Shown piece after piece: positions 60,801 through 64,000 of a stretch of DNA of 64,000 nt. The notes under the pieces were generated by a model. The model searched no databases, had not been told where the DNA came from, and was given only the letters and a program-made list of their open reading frames with translations. Location: NCBI GenBank assembly GCA_040954595.2, contig CM082591.2:8534380-8598379 (forward strand). The letters run 5' to 3'. The position numbers and the translations under genes were made by a program. Source of the stretch: Balanoglossus misakiensis (lineage: Eukaryota; Animalia; Hemichordata). Position 1 is the stretch's first letter. Each line of letters opens with the position of its first letter.

Positions 60801-63513
60801 CCCCAGACAAATGTTTTCAATTCTCAAACAAATGAACTGCAACGTTTTTCCACGTCTTATACATTTCGTTGACCGGTGGACAGAATACAGAGTGTTAGTC
60901 GTCCCGCTCAGCTGGCTCGAAATCATTCTGGTAACTTCCGTAAGCCTAAAATCAAGTGTGCTGGCTCGCTCGGGACCAGACTCGTTAGCTACAAGCACAC
61001 ATTCACGATCGTAGCGTCGACGTTTCAAATTCTACCTTTCTCGTATTGATTTTACCAAGCGATATTCTTACGCAACCGTCATGGAACCGTCATTTTTATT
61101 TCAATCGTGTACAACTACGGGTTTATGCACATGTTATTCCGTTTTACAAGAACGTTATAGCGACAGGCGAATCAGCGAAAATAGTTCCGGTTGATGACGT
61201 AGAACAGGGGTAAATTCGGATATTTTGTTTGACCTGTTCTACGTCACACAGGTGGCTATACGGGCCAGTTCATGTGATAATTGCTTAAATAAATAATTTA
61301 ATTTTACTTATAGATCATTTTACCTAAACCTGGTCATTTTAACCGGAATTTGTACTAAGTACAATTTAATATTTTTGTCTATTTACCATGTAAAAAAGTA
61401 TTATCTTCTGTGTGCACATGTTACTTCAACTAAATTGCAATATTGATTCAATGATTCCAACCTTGGACAACATGTGGAATACTCACAGCTAGGAGGCAAA
61501 GATGTGGCATGATATGGGTAGCTCAATAACTAAGTATGAACCCTTGCCTGTATGTGGATTTTGGACATGCCCACACATCAAGCAAACTGTCAGATCAGAT
61601 AAGCTGACAGTCATTCACCACACAGAGACTCTGCCACAAGTGACTTTTTACACCCAAATGTTAGGTGTTGCCCAATTTCCAATAAAATACTCTGTCTTTT
61701 TATTGGTTAATATCTCATACTAAAATTTAGATATACAAAAAGTGCACCAGTTTCAAACTTGATCTTTAAATAAGGGCTCTCCCAATATCAATTATCGCCA
61801 TCATTTACCAACTGAGCATCTGTGCAACTGAAAGAAGATCCAGTGTGGAACATTTAAATTTGAATGTGGCGAGACTCTGACAGTGTATCGGCCAGATGCA
61901 TGAGCTAGGTCAAAAGTATCAAAACTAGTCTCTGTGTGGAGAATAGCTGACAGCATGAGTAAGTGCATGGTTCAGAAGGTTATCTATAATCAGTAGTGCT
62001 ACTGGTATTTTGATATTTTCAGAGTGGGTTTACTGCCCTGTATTATGCAGCAGCACAGAGCCATGTTGATGTAGCCAGGATCTTAGTAAAGAATAACACA
62101 GAGCAGCTACATCATGAAAAGGCGGTAAGATCTTACTCTGATTTATCCTGTGCTATTCATTCTTACATGTACTTTGTTAAAGAGGATAACGACTAAGCTT
62201 AAGCAATAGATGTAGATTGACTTCATTGGATATATGAATTGTAGCCGTTCTTGCATTGCTAGATGTTGAATGTGTATACATTGAGGAAGAATTCCCTTTG
62301 TCTCAAATCTGTCTTGGTTGCAAGTCAGCGTTGACAACAATACAAACTTTTGTGGTAACATGTACTGGTATTTCAGTAGTACTAGTTTTTGAAATGCAAT
62401 TGTATTTTTGACAACAAGGCAAATTGTGTAGTAAACTTGATTAGGTTCTGTCCATGTATTAATGTTTCTATTACTCAAAAAACACAGCAACAACAGATAT
62501 CCATGTTACACTGGGCTGTTGAAAACTTAGAACATATTGTGGCAGAGACTCTCATCAAGGCAGGACTGGATATAAATGAACTTGCTCAGGGACTGAATAA
62601 GGTACGTGTTAAGTTTGAGATATTAAAGTTGATACAAAAAAAAACGATAATAAATTTCTTATTTCCATTTGCAGGTTTTTTATTATCATTAATTTTCCTT
62701 TTGCTTTGGTTATCCTTGCATTTAATGAGGATATTTTTAATGACCAATCAAATGTTGTATTTCTTTAGGAATCAGCCAGTGATTTAACAGTTCTCCATCT
62801 TATGGCCCAAAAAGAGGATCCGGATTATGTGGAGCTATGCCTCAAACTTGAAGCAAAAGTTAATGTCTTAGATAAAGTAGGTTTATTTATAGGACCTATA
62901 CTGCCAATGCCCCATGGCTTCATTTAGCTATAATTCAGATATGTAGATATGTACACTTTCATGGATGCAGACTATAATTAAATGAAGAATCATATAAAAA
63001 TAATATTTTAATTATAATAGGTCAAATTTCCAATTATATTTTCACAATATGAATAATTGGCACAACAAGATATTTGTTTTGAGGAAACATATGTTATAAC
63101 AAGTCTCAGTGATGCAAGATAACTTTTGATTGTACACTTATGTGAAGACCCCGGGCATGCAAAGGCAAAACACCAAATTTTCATCTCAATTCAAGAACCA
63201 TAGCTCCACTCCTAAATCACATTTGAAAGAAAGGCTTTGTCTAATTTGTCAAATGCAATGTTGCATTGAGGGTAGAAACAGAGCACTCATGTATTTGGCA
63301 GGGATTAAGACTTTTCTCATAGTCCATATTTCATGAAGGAGATTTTCCATCTGCAACCAAATACCCTCCCTTGCCATTTATAAACTTTAAACGTTTGTCT
63401 CCTTTTCTCAATAGAATGGCCGCACTCCCTTGTACTATGCTGTACTGAACAAGAATACAGAGACAGTGAAAGTTCTCCTTGCAGCAAAAGCAAACTTTAT
63501 CGCCGAAAATACG
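3276..63513 (+). CDS. Giant multi-exon ankyrin-repeat protein gene (at least 53 single-ANK exons, about 1826 aa in window; incomplete at both ends)
   Basis: 53 exons of 96-147 nt bounded by AG and GT (two GC donors), each a multiple of 3, with no stops, each translating to one ANK-like repeat (TPLH/TALH/TVLH...LL..GADVN type). Exon types recur in fixed order A-J. Exons are listed separately below. Confidence 0.93.
3452..3900 (+). mobile_element. HINE/pearl-like non-autonomous element fragment
   Basis: T-rich start, (CTGT)n microsatellite, aaatttggta motifs; inverted partial copy at about 58095-58330. Confidence 0.5.
4207..5274 (+). mobile_element. PIF/Harbinger-like MITE, family H1 (complete)
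   Basis: TIR (gg)gaccgttcagtttttacggccggggg / ggccgtaaaaactgaatggtccc, flanked by TAA on both sides; further copies at 32660-33210 and 39180-40010. Confidence 0.75.
5322..5426 (+). CDS. ANK exon B1
   Basis: aacag|...GGG|gtgaga; EPKNMTVLHFVSRSGDIDGVKLCIRCNAKVNPVNG. Confidence 0.9.
5587..5685 (+). CDS. ANK exon C1
   Basis: tatag|...AAG|gtaagt; ENKTPLHYALQSSNIECVKELLQKGGTLERVSK. Confidence 0.93.
7763..9160 (+). mobile_element. HINE/DINE-1-like non-autonomous Helentron, copy 1
   Basis: 5' palindrome ggtcccattggtatgtaccatgggacc, (GTAT/GGAT)n microsatellite, 3' subterminal atgggacc followed by gtgtccttgacgc and a T run. Confidence 0.75.
9301..9420 (+). CDS. ANK exon D1 (divergent)
   Basis: tttcag|...AAG|gtaatt; KGKVKMPNCGPLYVAASEYKDNGFVHILIQASKALKRYEK; matches D4/D5 (CRPMYVAAAKY). 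Confidence 0.8.
10352..10450 (+). CDS. ANK exon E1
   Basis: tacag|...GAG|gtaaat; DVISCFITAIGQNDTNVMTVLCQGGADIKTCDE. Confidence 0.87.
10790..10989 (+). mobile_element. 5'-truncated L2/CR1-group LINE 3' end
   Basis: Translates as NAAPKLWNSLPQDIRQAPSLSIFKKRLKTH (typical L2/CR1 ORF2 C-terminus), then agcgcctttgag...ggcgctata and a (GATT)n tail. Confidence 0.85.
11400..11498 (+). CDS. ANK exon F1
   Basis: catag|...AAG|gcaagt (GC donor); NKNTLLHIAVSNQKPDIIKWLLENDIDKDILNK. Confidence 0.87.
12273..12825 (+). repeat. Dispersed hairpin-containing repeat, rearranged copy
   Basis: Shares cccaaatatgctaattttcacctgagagg and ggtcttcttgtcgagaatataaaccc blocks with 56640-57165. Confidence 0.75.
13014..13109 (+). 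CDS. ANK exon G1
   Basis: tgcag|...GTG|gtaaat; EKRTPLYLALVNNYQEIIQLLLKSKCKIHPDV. Confidence 0.92.
13314..13860 (+). repeat. G/C-run-rich repeat sharing an internal module with the Harbinger-like MITEs
   Basis: ttagaaaatt...agagctcaaagctgcatttt and ttttgtggact blocks as in 21899-22529 and 4207-5274. Confidence 0.5.
13965..14078 (+). CDS. ANK exon H1 (divergent)
   Basis: tgaag|...GAG|gtaagt; RDGMPTSQLLWLLKQGIDKNKMVIDSVAKSIDVNEEME; matches H2 (SQLQWAV); acceptor less certain. Confidence 0.75.
14250..14348 (+). CDS. ANK exon I1
   Basis: taaag|...AAG|gtaaac; DGRTLLQTFSESGNLPAVKFLMKNAACATKYSK. Confidence 0.87.
15090..16205. repeat. Diverged tandem array of about 170 bp (about 5 units) plus an inverted unit
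   Basis: Motif cagtcttattgacccc...caaaattgccattttt recurs at about 15135, 15295, 15470, 15643 and 15808; reverse-complement fragments at about 15960-16205. Confidence 0.7.
17585..19040 (+). mobile_element. HINE/DINE-1-like element, copy 2
   Basis: Same 5' palindrome, microsatellite and 3' end as 7763-9160; an internal segment of the family follows at about 19045-19355. Confidence 0.75.
19359..19566. mobile_element. 208-bp MITE
   Basis: Perfect 20-bp TIR gagctgaaaaatgggtgtca / tgacacccatttttcagctc; no clear TSD. Confidence 0.6.
19865..20585 (+). repeat. Tandem subrepeats homologous to 729-1465
   Basis: catacctaattccaggcaaaccaatagggcta...gggtgacctttgacctacttt repeated about 3 times. Confidence 0.8.
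21899..22529. mobile_element. PIF/Harbinger-like MITE, family H2
   Basis: TIR of about 31 bp, gggagcattcgttttttacagggaggggggg, with TAA TSD at 21896-21898 and 22530-22532. Confidence 0.85.
22648..22749 (+). CDS. ANK exon J1
   Basis: tccag|...GAG|gtacag; EGYTAMYYAAMKRNDEVVKYFLQHKPLILAKNQE. Confidence 0.9.
23180..23281 (+). CDS. ANK exon A2
   Basis: aacag|...GAG|gttagg; ISALYWAIQQSLAEVVTSLMNAGIDINSGIQGLE. Confidence 0.9.
23717..23824 (+). CDS. ANK exon B2
   Basis: tgcag|...GGG|gtaatt; NHPQDTTILHFAARKGDKSTVQSCLQWKTDINKFDG. Confidence 0.92.
24064..24162 (+). CDS. ANK exon C2
   Basis: aacag|...CAG|gtgagt; DTFTALFYAMRDRHIDIVKILLVHGANCFRKTQ. Confidence 0.92.
24843..25159. repeat. Recent 160-bp tandem duplication
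   Basis: Copies start at 24843 and 25003; one substitution seen. Confidence 0.95.
25185..25820 (+). repeat. Old degenerate copy of the element at 30043-30880
   Basis: Shares cttcatgatct..gcgcgatctgtgc, ttattgcatatgtttc and gattttcattac blocks. Confidence 0.65.
26445..27411 (+). mobile_element. Non-autonomous P-superfamily-like DNA transposon, copy 1
   Basis: TIR of about 32 bp, cacagacaaagagaaaaa(a)cagactagcaacgc; perfect 7-bp TSD GTTTGTC (26438-26444 and 27412-27418). Confidence 0.85.
27715..27816 (+). CDS. ANK exon D2 (divergent)
   Basis: ttaag|...AAG|gtaaga; DAEKGIFYLAALEQDSKFLETLGCAGKKINEINK. Confidence 0.78.
27993..28091 (+). CDS. ANK exon E2
   Basis: tacag|...AAG|gtaatg; NDRTALHEGAIDGNSEIVALLLDFNAGIDEEDK. 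Confidence 0.93.
28152..28373. repeat. Degenerate palindromic (hairpin) element
   Basis: ttttgtacagcacaaa...tgtagattagatggtcaa...cacaacagaggtgctgaa pairs with ttcggcacctttgttgtg...ttgaccatcttatctaca...tttgtactgtacaaaa. Confidence 0.7.
28744..28842 (+). CDS. ANK exon F2
   Basis: tacag|...AAG|gtatgc; DGNTALVCSILHGHLNVFNILLERGADKNKANK. Confidence 0.93.
29557..29652 (+). CDS. ANK exon G2
   Basis: tacag|...GTG|gtatgt; KHKTPLYHAVQRKHGMIVKQLLDRGCLIAPEV. Confidence 0.92.
30043..30234. repeat. Near-perfect palindrome of about 190 bp heading a longer repeat (to about 30880)
   Basis: acagaacttcatgacctctgcgcgcgatctgtgcaatatggattttattttca and its reverse complement around the centre tacgagcgatagcgagta. 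Confidence 0.9.
31900..32001 (+). CDS. ANK exon H2 (divergent)
   Basis: tacag|...AAG|gtttgt; KDENRLSQLQWAVEQNNESMTSYLKELIDINQLK. Confidence 0.83.
32479..32577 (+). CDS. ANK exon I2
   Basis: taaag|...GAG|gtaagg; GGKAMLHHYSESGHVERVKLLLENKADVEVFCE. Confidence 0.9.
32660..33210 (+). mobile_element. Harbinger-like MITE H1, 5'-truncated copy
   Basis: Co-linear with 4710-5274; ends ggccgtaaaaactgaacggtccc|tta. Confidence 0.8.
33668..34348 (-). mobile_element. Non-autonomous P-superfamily-like transposon, copy 2 (internally deleted, opposite orientation)
   Basis: Same CACAG...CTGTG TIRs as 26445-27411; flanks tcataaa / gcataaa (6 of 7 match). Confidence 0.85.
34681..34782 (+). CDS. ANK exon J2
   Basis: catag|...GAG|gtaagt; QGYTPLYYAAKNKHKDLVRLLLKWNAKILSNTQE. 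Confidence 0.93.
35073..35174 (+). CDS. ANK exon A3
   Basis: cacag|...GAT|gtaagt; ATSMYWAISNAFSDVAETLAAADDNLINGKIHID. Confidence 0.87.
36537..36644 (+). CDS. ANK exon B3
   Basis: tttag|...GGA|gtgagt; EYPKDSTILHVLSRKENPDALRLCLKLKADVQQTDG. Confidence 0.91.
37010..37105 (+). CDS. ANK exon C3
   Basis: cgcag|...AAG|gtaatt; EHHTAFYYAVLNGCTKNAQLLRNAGSSFFQRK. Confidence 0.9.
37796..37942 (+). CDS. ANK exon D3 (divergent, N-terminally extended)
   Basis: aaaag|...GAG|gtaatg; TPSIKPDGTIEPATSYTLFCEAALKLRSREAVSCLMKHGIDTEINKPGE; acceptor chosen to keep phase 0. Confidence 0.72.
38170..38270 (+). mobile_element. SINE core fragment
   Basis: gttgtgtccttgagaaaggcactttac...gcctctccc...gtgggt resembles conserved central domains of invertebrate tRNA-SINEs. 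Confidence 0.45.
39180..40010 (-). mobile_element. Harbinger-like MITE H1, inverted copy
   Basis: taa|gggaccgttcagtttttatggccggg; reverse complement of about 4465-5274 with expanded internal subrepeats. Confidence 0.8.
40799..41152 (-). repeat. Inverted copy of 1749-2098
   Basis: Direct reverse-complement match, including the AAG|GTTAGT donor-like site. Confidence 0.9.
41158..42408. mobile_element. Foldback element with TIRs of about 500 bp, P/Galileo-like
   Basis: Arms 41158-41662 and 41865-42408 are near-perfect inverted repeats containing (TTG)n/(CAA)n; 202-bp spacer; termini CACAG...CTGTG; 7-bp TSD GAAAAAT. Confidence 0.9.
42756..42802. repeat. (AAT)n microsatellite
   Basis: About 15 units. 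Confidence 0.95.
43507..43605 (+). CDS. ANK exon E3
   Basis: tccag|...AGG|gtaatt; NGMGVLHKAAANGFLESVCLVIEAGADKNKKDR. Confidence 0.93.
43870..43968 (+). CDS. ANK exon F3
   Basis: attag|...AAG|gtaagt; AGDTALHHAVKKKHHGVVKVLLDKGVDSNLRNK. Confidence 0.94.
44132..44227 (+). CDS. ANK exon G3
   Basis: tcaag|...GTG|gtaaga; DDQTPLFCALKMRDIESVKQMLSASARLHKDV. Confidence 0.9.
44356..44463 (+). CDS. ANK exon H3
   Basis: tgtag|...CAG|gtaaag; PWSSNIGQLFWATKLYEEEMVEDLLKAGLKIDDCLQ. Confidence 0.9.
44707..44805 (+). CDS. ANK exon I3
   Basis: tttag|...CAG|gtaaaa; DGLPVLHHYASKGDVKAVKLLLRKRANVNMHSQ. Confidence 0.93.
45561..46935 (+). mobile_element. HINE/DINE-1-like element, copy 3
   Basis: Co-linear and highly similar to 7763-9160 from ggtcccattggtatgtac to atgggaccatagtgtccttgacgc. 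Confidence 0.8.
47363..47920. mobile_element. Palindromic hairpin element interrupted by a nested insertion
   Basis: ttttccattaattatgtttgataaaagacac...atatatagtgaatcaac pairs with gttgattcactatatat...gtgtcttttatcaaccataattaatggaaaa; the hairpin is continuous once 47491-47728 is removed. Confidence 0.8.
47491..47719. mobile_element. 229-bp non-autonomous DNA transposon with 9-bp TSD (AcademH-like termini)
   Basis: TAGACTTGC...GCTAGTCTA; TSD GACACGAGA at 47482-47490 and 47720-47728. Confidence 0.75.
48255..48356 (+). CDS. ANK exon J3
   Basis: ttcag|...ATG|gtaaaa; KGYTALHYAAAGSHVDVAKILLDKNTKHLHRKNM. Confidence 0.93.
48494..48598 (+). CDS. ANK exon A4
   Basis: aacag|...AAG|gtatgt; TTMLHWAIENSEDTVAKTLVKAGQDINGVVPGLDK. 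Confidence 0.93.
48915..49179. repeat. Tandem duplication of about 135 bp
   Basis: gtaatgtttgtgcaaaatttgatgaaatttgaatagagg starts at 48915 and 49050. Confidence 0.9.
49944..50051 (+). CDS. ANK exon B4
   Basis: attag|...AAG|gtaact; DLPIDSTVLHLMARKKDCKYVELCLSLQANVNALDK. Confidence 0.92.
50242..50337 (+). CDS. ANK exon C4
   Basis: tacag|...GGG|gtaagt; NECTPLHYAVQSKNGRIVEVLLNAKANFIGEG. Confidence 0.94.
50470..50586 (+). CDS. ANK exon D4
   Basis: catag|...AAG|gtaagt; DRQFPVECRPMYVAAAKYPHSDFVKTLTDMGVDVNDTNK. Confidence 0.91.
51023..51121 (+). CDS. ANK exon E4
   Basis: gacag|...ACG|gtatgt; AGMSVLHEVAANNFPKAVDVLLQAGSNKNKTDT. Confidence 0.93.
51142..51560. mobile_element. MITE with TIRs of about 65 bp and TTAA TSD (Kolobok-like)
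   Basis: ttaa|aagggaaatccggtccagctgatttctacataatttggtagctttga ... tcaaagctaccaaattatgtagaaatcagctggaccggatgtcccct|ttaa. Confidence 0.8.
51862..51960 (+). CDS. ANK exon F4
   Basis: cctag|...AAG|gtgggt; AGNTALHHAIKNKHSQVVKALIANKVDLNIDNK. Confidence 0.93.
52152..52247 (+). CDS. ANK exon G4
   Basis: taaag|...GTG|gtaaga; DGHTPLYCALNLRDIESTRQLLDANACLHKNV. Confidence 0.92.
53604..53711 (+). CDS. ANK exon H4
   Basis: tgtag|...GAG|gtaaag; PSSSKIEQLFWAVKKYDEEMVEDLVKAGVEIDDHLE. Confidence 0.91.
53937..54035 (+). CDS. ANK exon I4
   Basis: ttcag|...AAG|gtaact; DGLSALHDCARNGDARAVTILLKKGANVTKDSK. Confidence 0.94.
54218..54430 (-). mobile_element. SINE fragment (minus strand)
   Basis: caggtacccattactcctgggtgaga is the reverse complement of a conserved SINE central-domain motif; (TAA)n-like tail at the left end. 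Confidence 0.5.
54597..54698 (+). CDS. ANK exon J4
   Basis: ttcag|...ATG|gtaaaa; EGFTSLYYAAAGSHVEVAKILLDYKSEQLHRENM. Confidence 0.93.
54828..54932 (+). CDS. ANK exon A5
   Basis: aacag|...AAG|gtacgt; TTMLHWAIEHSEDTVAKTLVKAGQDINGVVLGLGK. Confidence 0.93.
55106..55213 (+). CDS. ANK exon B5
   Basis: tctag|...AAT|gtaggt; ELPTGSTVLHLMAQKEDPKYAELCLILKAKVNVLDN. Confidence 0.91.
55599..55694 (+). CDS. ANK exon C5
   Basis: aacag|...GGG|gtaagt; EHNTPLYYAVQRQNKRIVEVLLNAKANFVSEG. Confidence 0.94.
55883..55999 (+). CDS. ANK exon D5
   Basis: tatag|...GAG|gtaagt; NTQFSVECRPMYVAAAKYPNMDFVRVLIDMGVDINGANE. Confidence 0.92.
56151..56249 (+). CDS. ANK exon E5
   Basis: tatag|...ACA|gtatgt; DGMTVLHEAAANDFPRAVDLLIEAGADKNKTDT. 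Confidence 0.94.
56640..57165 (+). repeat. Hairpin-headed dispersed repeat (relative of 12273-12825)
   Basis: Palindrome ggatataagacctctcaggtgaaaattagcatatttggg / cccaaatatgctaattttcacctgagaggtcttatatcc centred at about 56722. Confidence 0.8.
57519..57617 (+). CDS. ANK exon F5
   Basis: gcaag|...GAG|gtgagt; TGGTALHHAVKACCHRVVNVLISKDVNLNLENE. Confidence 0.91.
57825..57920 (+). CDS. ANK exon G5
   Basis: tccag|...ATG|gtaagg; NGETPLYCALKHRDIESVKPLLNAHACLSRDM. Confidence 0.93.
58521..59108. mobile_element. MITE with TTAA TSD (Kolobok-like)
   Basis: ttaa|agccccagtatttctcgt ... acgagaaatactgaggct|ttaa. Confidence 0.75.
59238..59345 (+). CDS. ANK exon H5
   Basis: tctag|...CAG|gtaagg; TDTSNIGQLFLATKRYEEVMVKDLVKAGVKINELLQ. 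Confidence 0.91.
59574..59672 (+). CDS. ANK exon I5
   Basis: tttag|...AAG|gtaaaa; DGLSTLHHFSRNGDVTAVNILLTNQANVNTFSK. Confidence 0.93.
60124..60217. repeat. 94-bp near-perfect palindrome
   Basis: 45-bp arms with one mismatch and a 4-nt centre (cgat). Confidence 0.95.
60218..61280. mobile_element. CpG-rich element of about 1.06 kb with short TIRs
   Basis: ttatcacatgaa / ttcatgtgataa ends; subterminal inverted repeat tgacgtagaacagg / cctgttctacgtca at about 61195-61246; abrupt rise in CpG. Confidence 0.5.
62023..62124 (+). CDS. ANK exon J5
   Basis: ttcag|...GCG|gtaaga; SGFTALYYAAAQSHVDVARILVKNNTEQLHHEKA. Confidence 0.93.
62497..62601 (+). CDS. ANK exon A6
   Basis: aacag|...AAG|gtacgt; ISMLHWAVENLEHIVAETLIKAGLDINELAQGLNK; an in-frame alternative acceptor lies 9 nt upstream. 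Confidence 0.9.
62769..62876 (+). CDS. ANK exon B6
   Basis: tttag|...AAA|gtaggt; ESASDLTVLHLMAQKEDPDYVELCLKLEAKVNVLDK. Confidence 0.92.
63415..63513 (+). CDS. ANK exon C6 (gene continues beyond the window)
   Basis: aatag|...ACG|gtaggt; NGRTPLYYAVLNKNTETVKVLLAAKANFIAENT. Confidence 0.93.
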
Positions 63514-64000
63514 GTAGGTCTAAAAACCAACTATGATTACATTTTTTATGGAATTTGATCATGGTCCACAGGCAAAACTACTGACGTAAATTTACACTGC
63601 CAAAAGACTGTTAAATAATTGAACAAAGATGTAAATTTTTACCTGGTACCCGTTCAATGACAACATTTCAATCAAATATGGACATACTGGTACATGTAGA
63701 TGTAACCTTATACATACAAATCTGTTCAGAGTAATGCGTGTTTCTGTTGCTCAACTAGTCGTCTGATAGCTTATGACTAATATAATTTCTCAACCGAAAG
63801 GGCGTATGGGATCAGATTCTTCTATAGTTTTGTAATAATTGCCTTTACTAGGTCAAAGGTAAAGGACACACTGTTCACAAACAAATTCAAGCATGCACAA
63901 AATCAACTCACATCTTGTTTGGCATGAACTGGAGGTGCTTTAATAACCAGTAACAACAAGAAAAACTGAACAATACTGATGTAACAAAGCACCCCAGCAA

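Noticed and set aside
60624-61028. 134-aa minus-strand ORF as a transposase remnant
   Set aside because: No recognisable DDE, THAP, HUH or recombinase motif; a profile search would be needed.
399-63336. Most ORFs in the supplied track
   Set aside because: Short ORFs in introns or repeats with no domain signal; the few with ANK motifs are single exons read through into intron sequence.
3276-63513. Assigning a symbol such as ANK1/2/3, ANKRD28/44/52, NompC or TRPA1
   Set aside because: The repeat number, 10-repeat period and divergent sequences do not match those conserved proteins, and no ZU5, death or TM domain is visible in the window.

Overview
AT-rich, intron-rich eukaryotic DNA, probably from a marine invertebrate (inferred from repeat content, not proven). 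The ORF track is almost all noise. Reading splice sites by hand shows one very large + strand gene spanning nearly the whole window: at least 53 short exons (3276-63513). Each exon encodes one ankyrin (ANK) repeat, all are phase 0-0, and they join into an uninterrupted frame of about 1826 aa. The start codon and 3' end were not found in the window. The exons cycle through ten types (A-J) for five full turns plus A-C, forming a 10-repeat super-repeat. It has an internal 3+4+3 sub-structure, two subfamilies of units and patchy exon-level homogenisation. The introns contain non-autonomous elements: HINE/Helentron-like, PIF/Harbinger-like, Kolobok-like, P/Galileo-like (including a 1.25 kb foldback), AcademH-like, L2 and SINE fragments, and several hairpin elements. 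No rRNA, tRNA or CRISPR array was seen. All alignments and counts were done by eye; TE superfamily names rest on termini and target-site duplications (TSDs) only.
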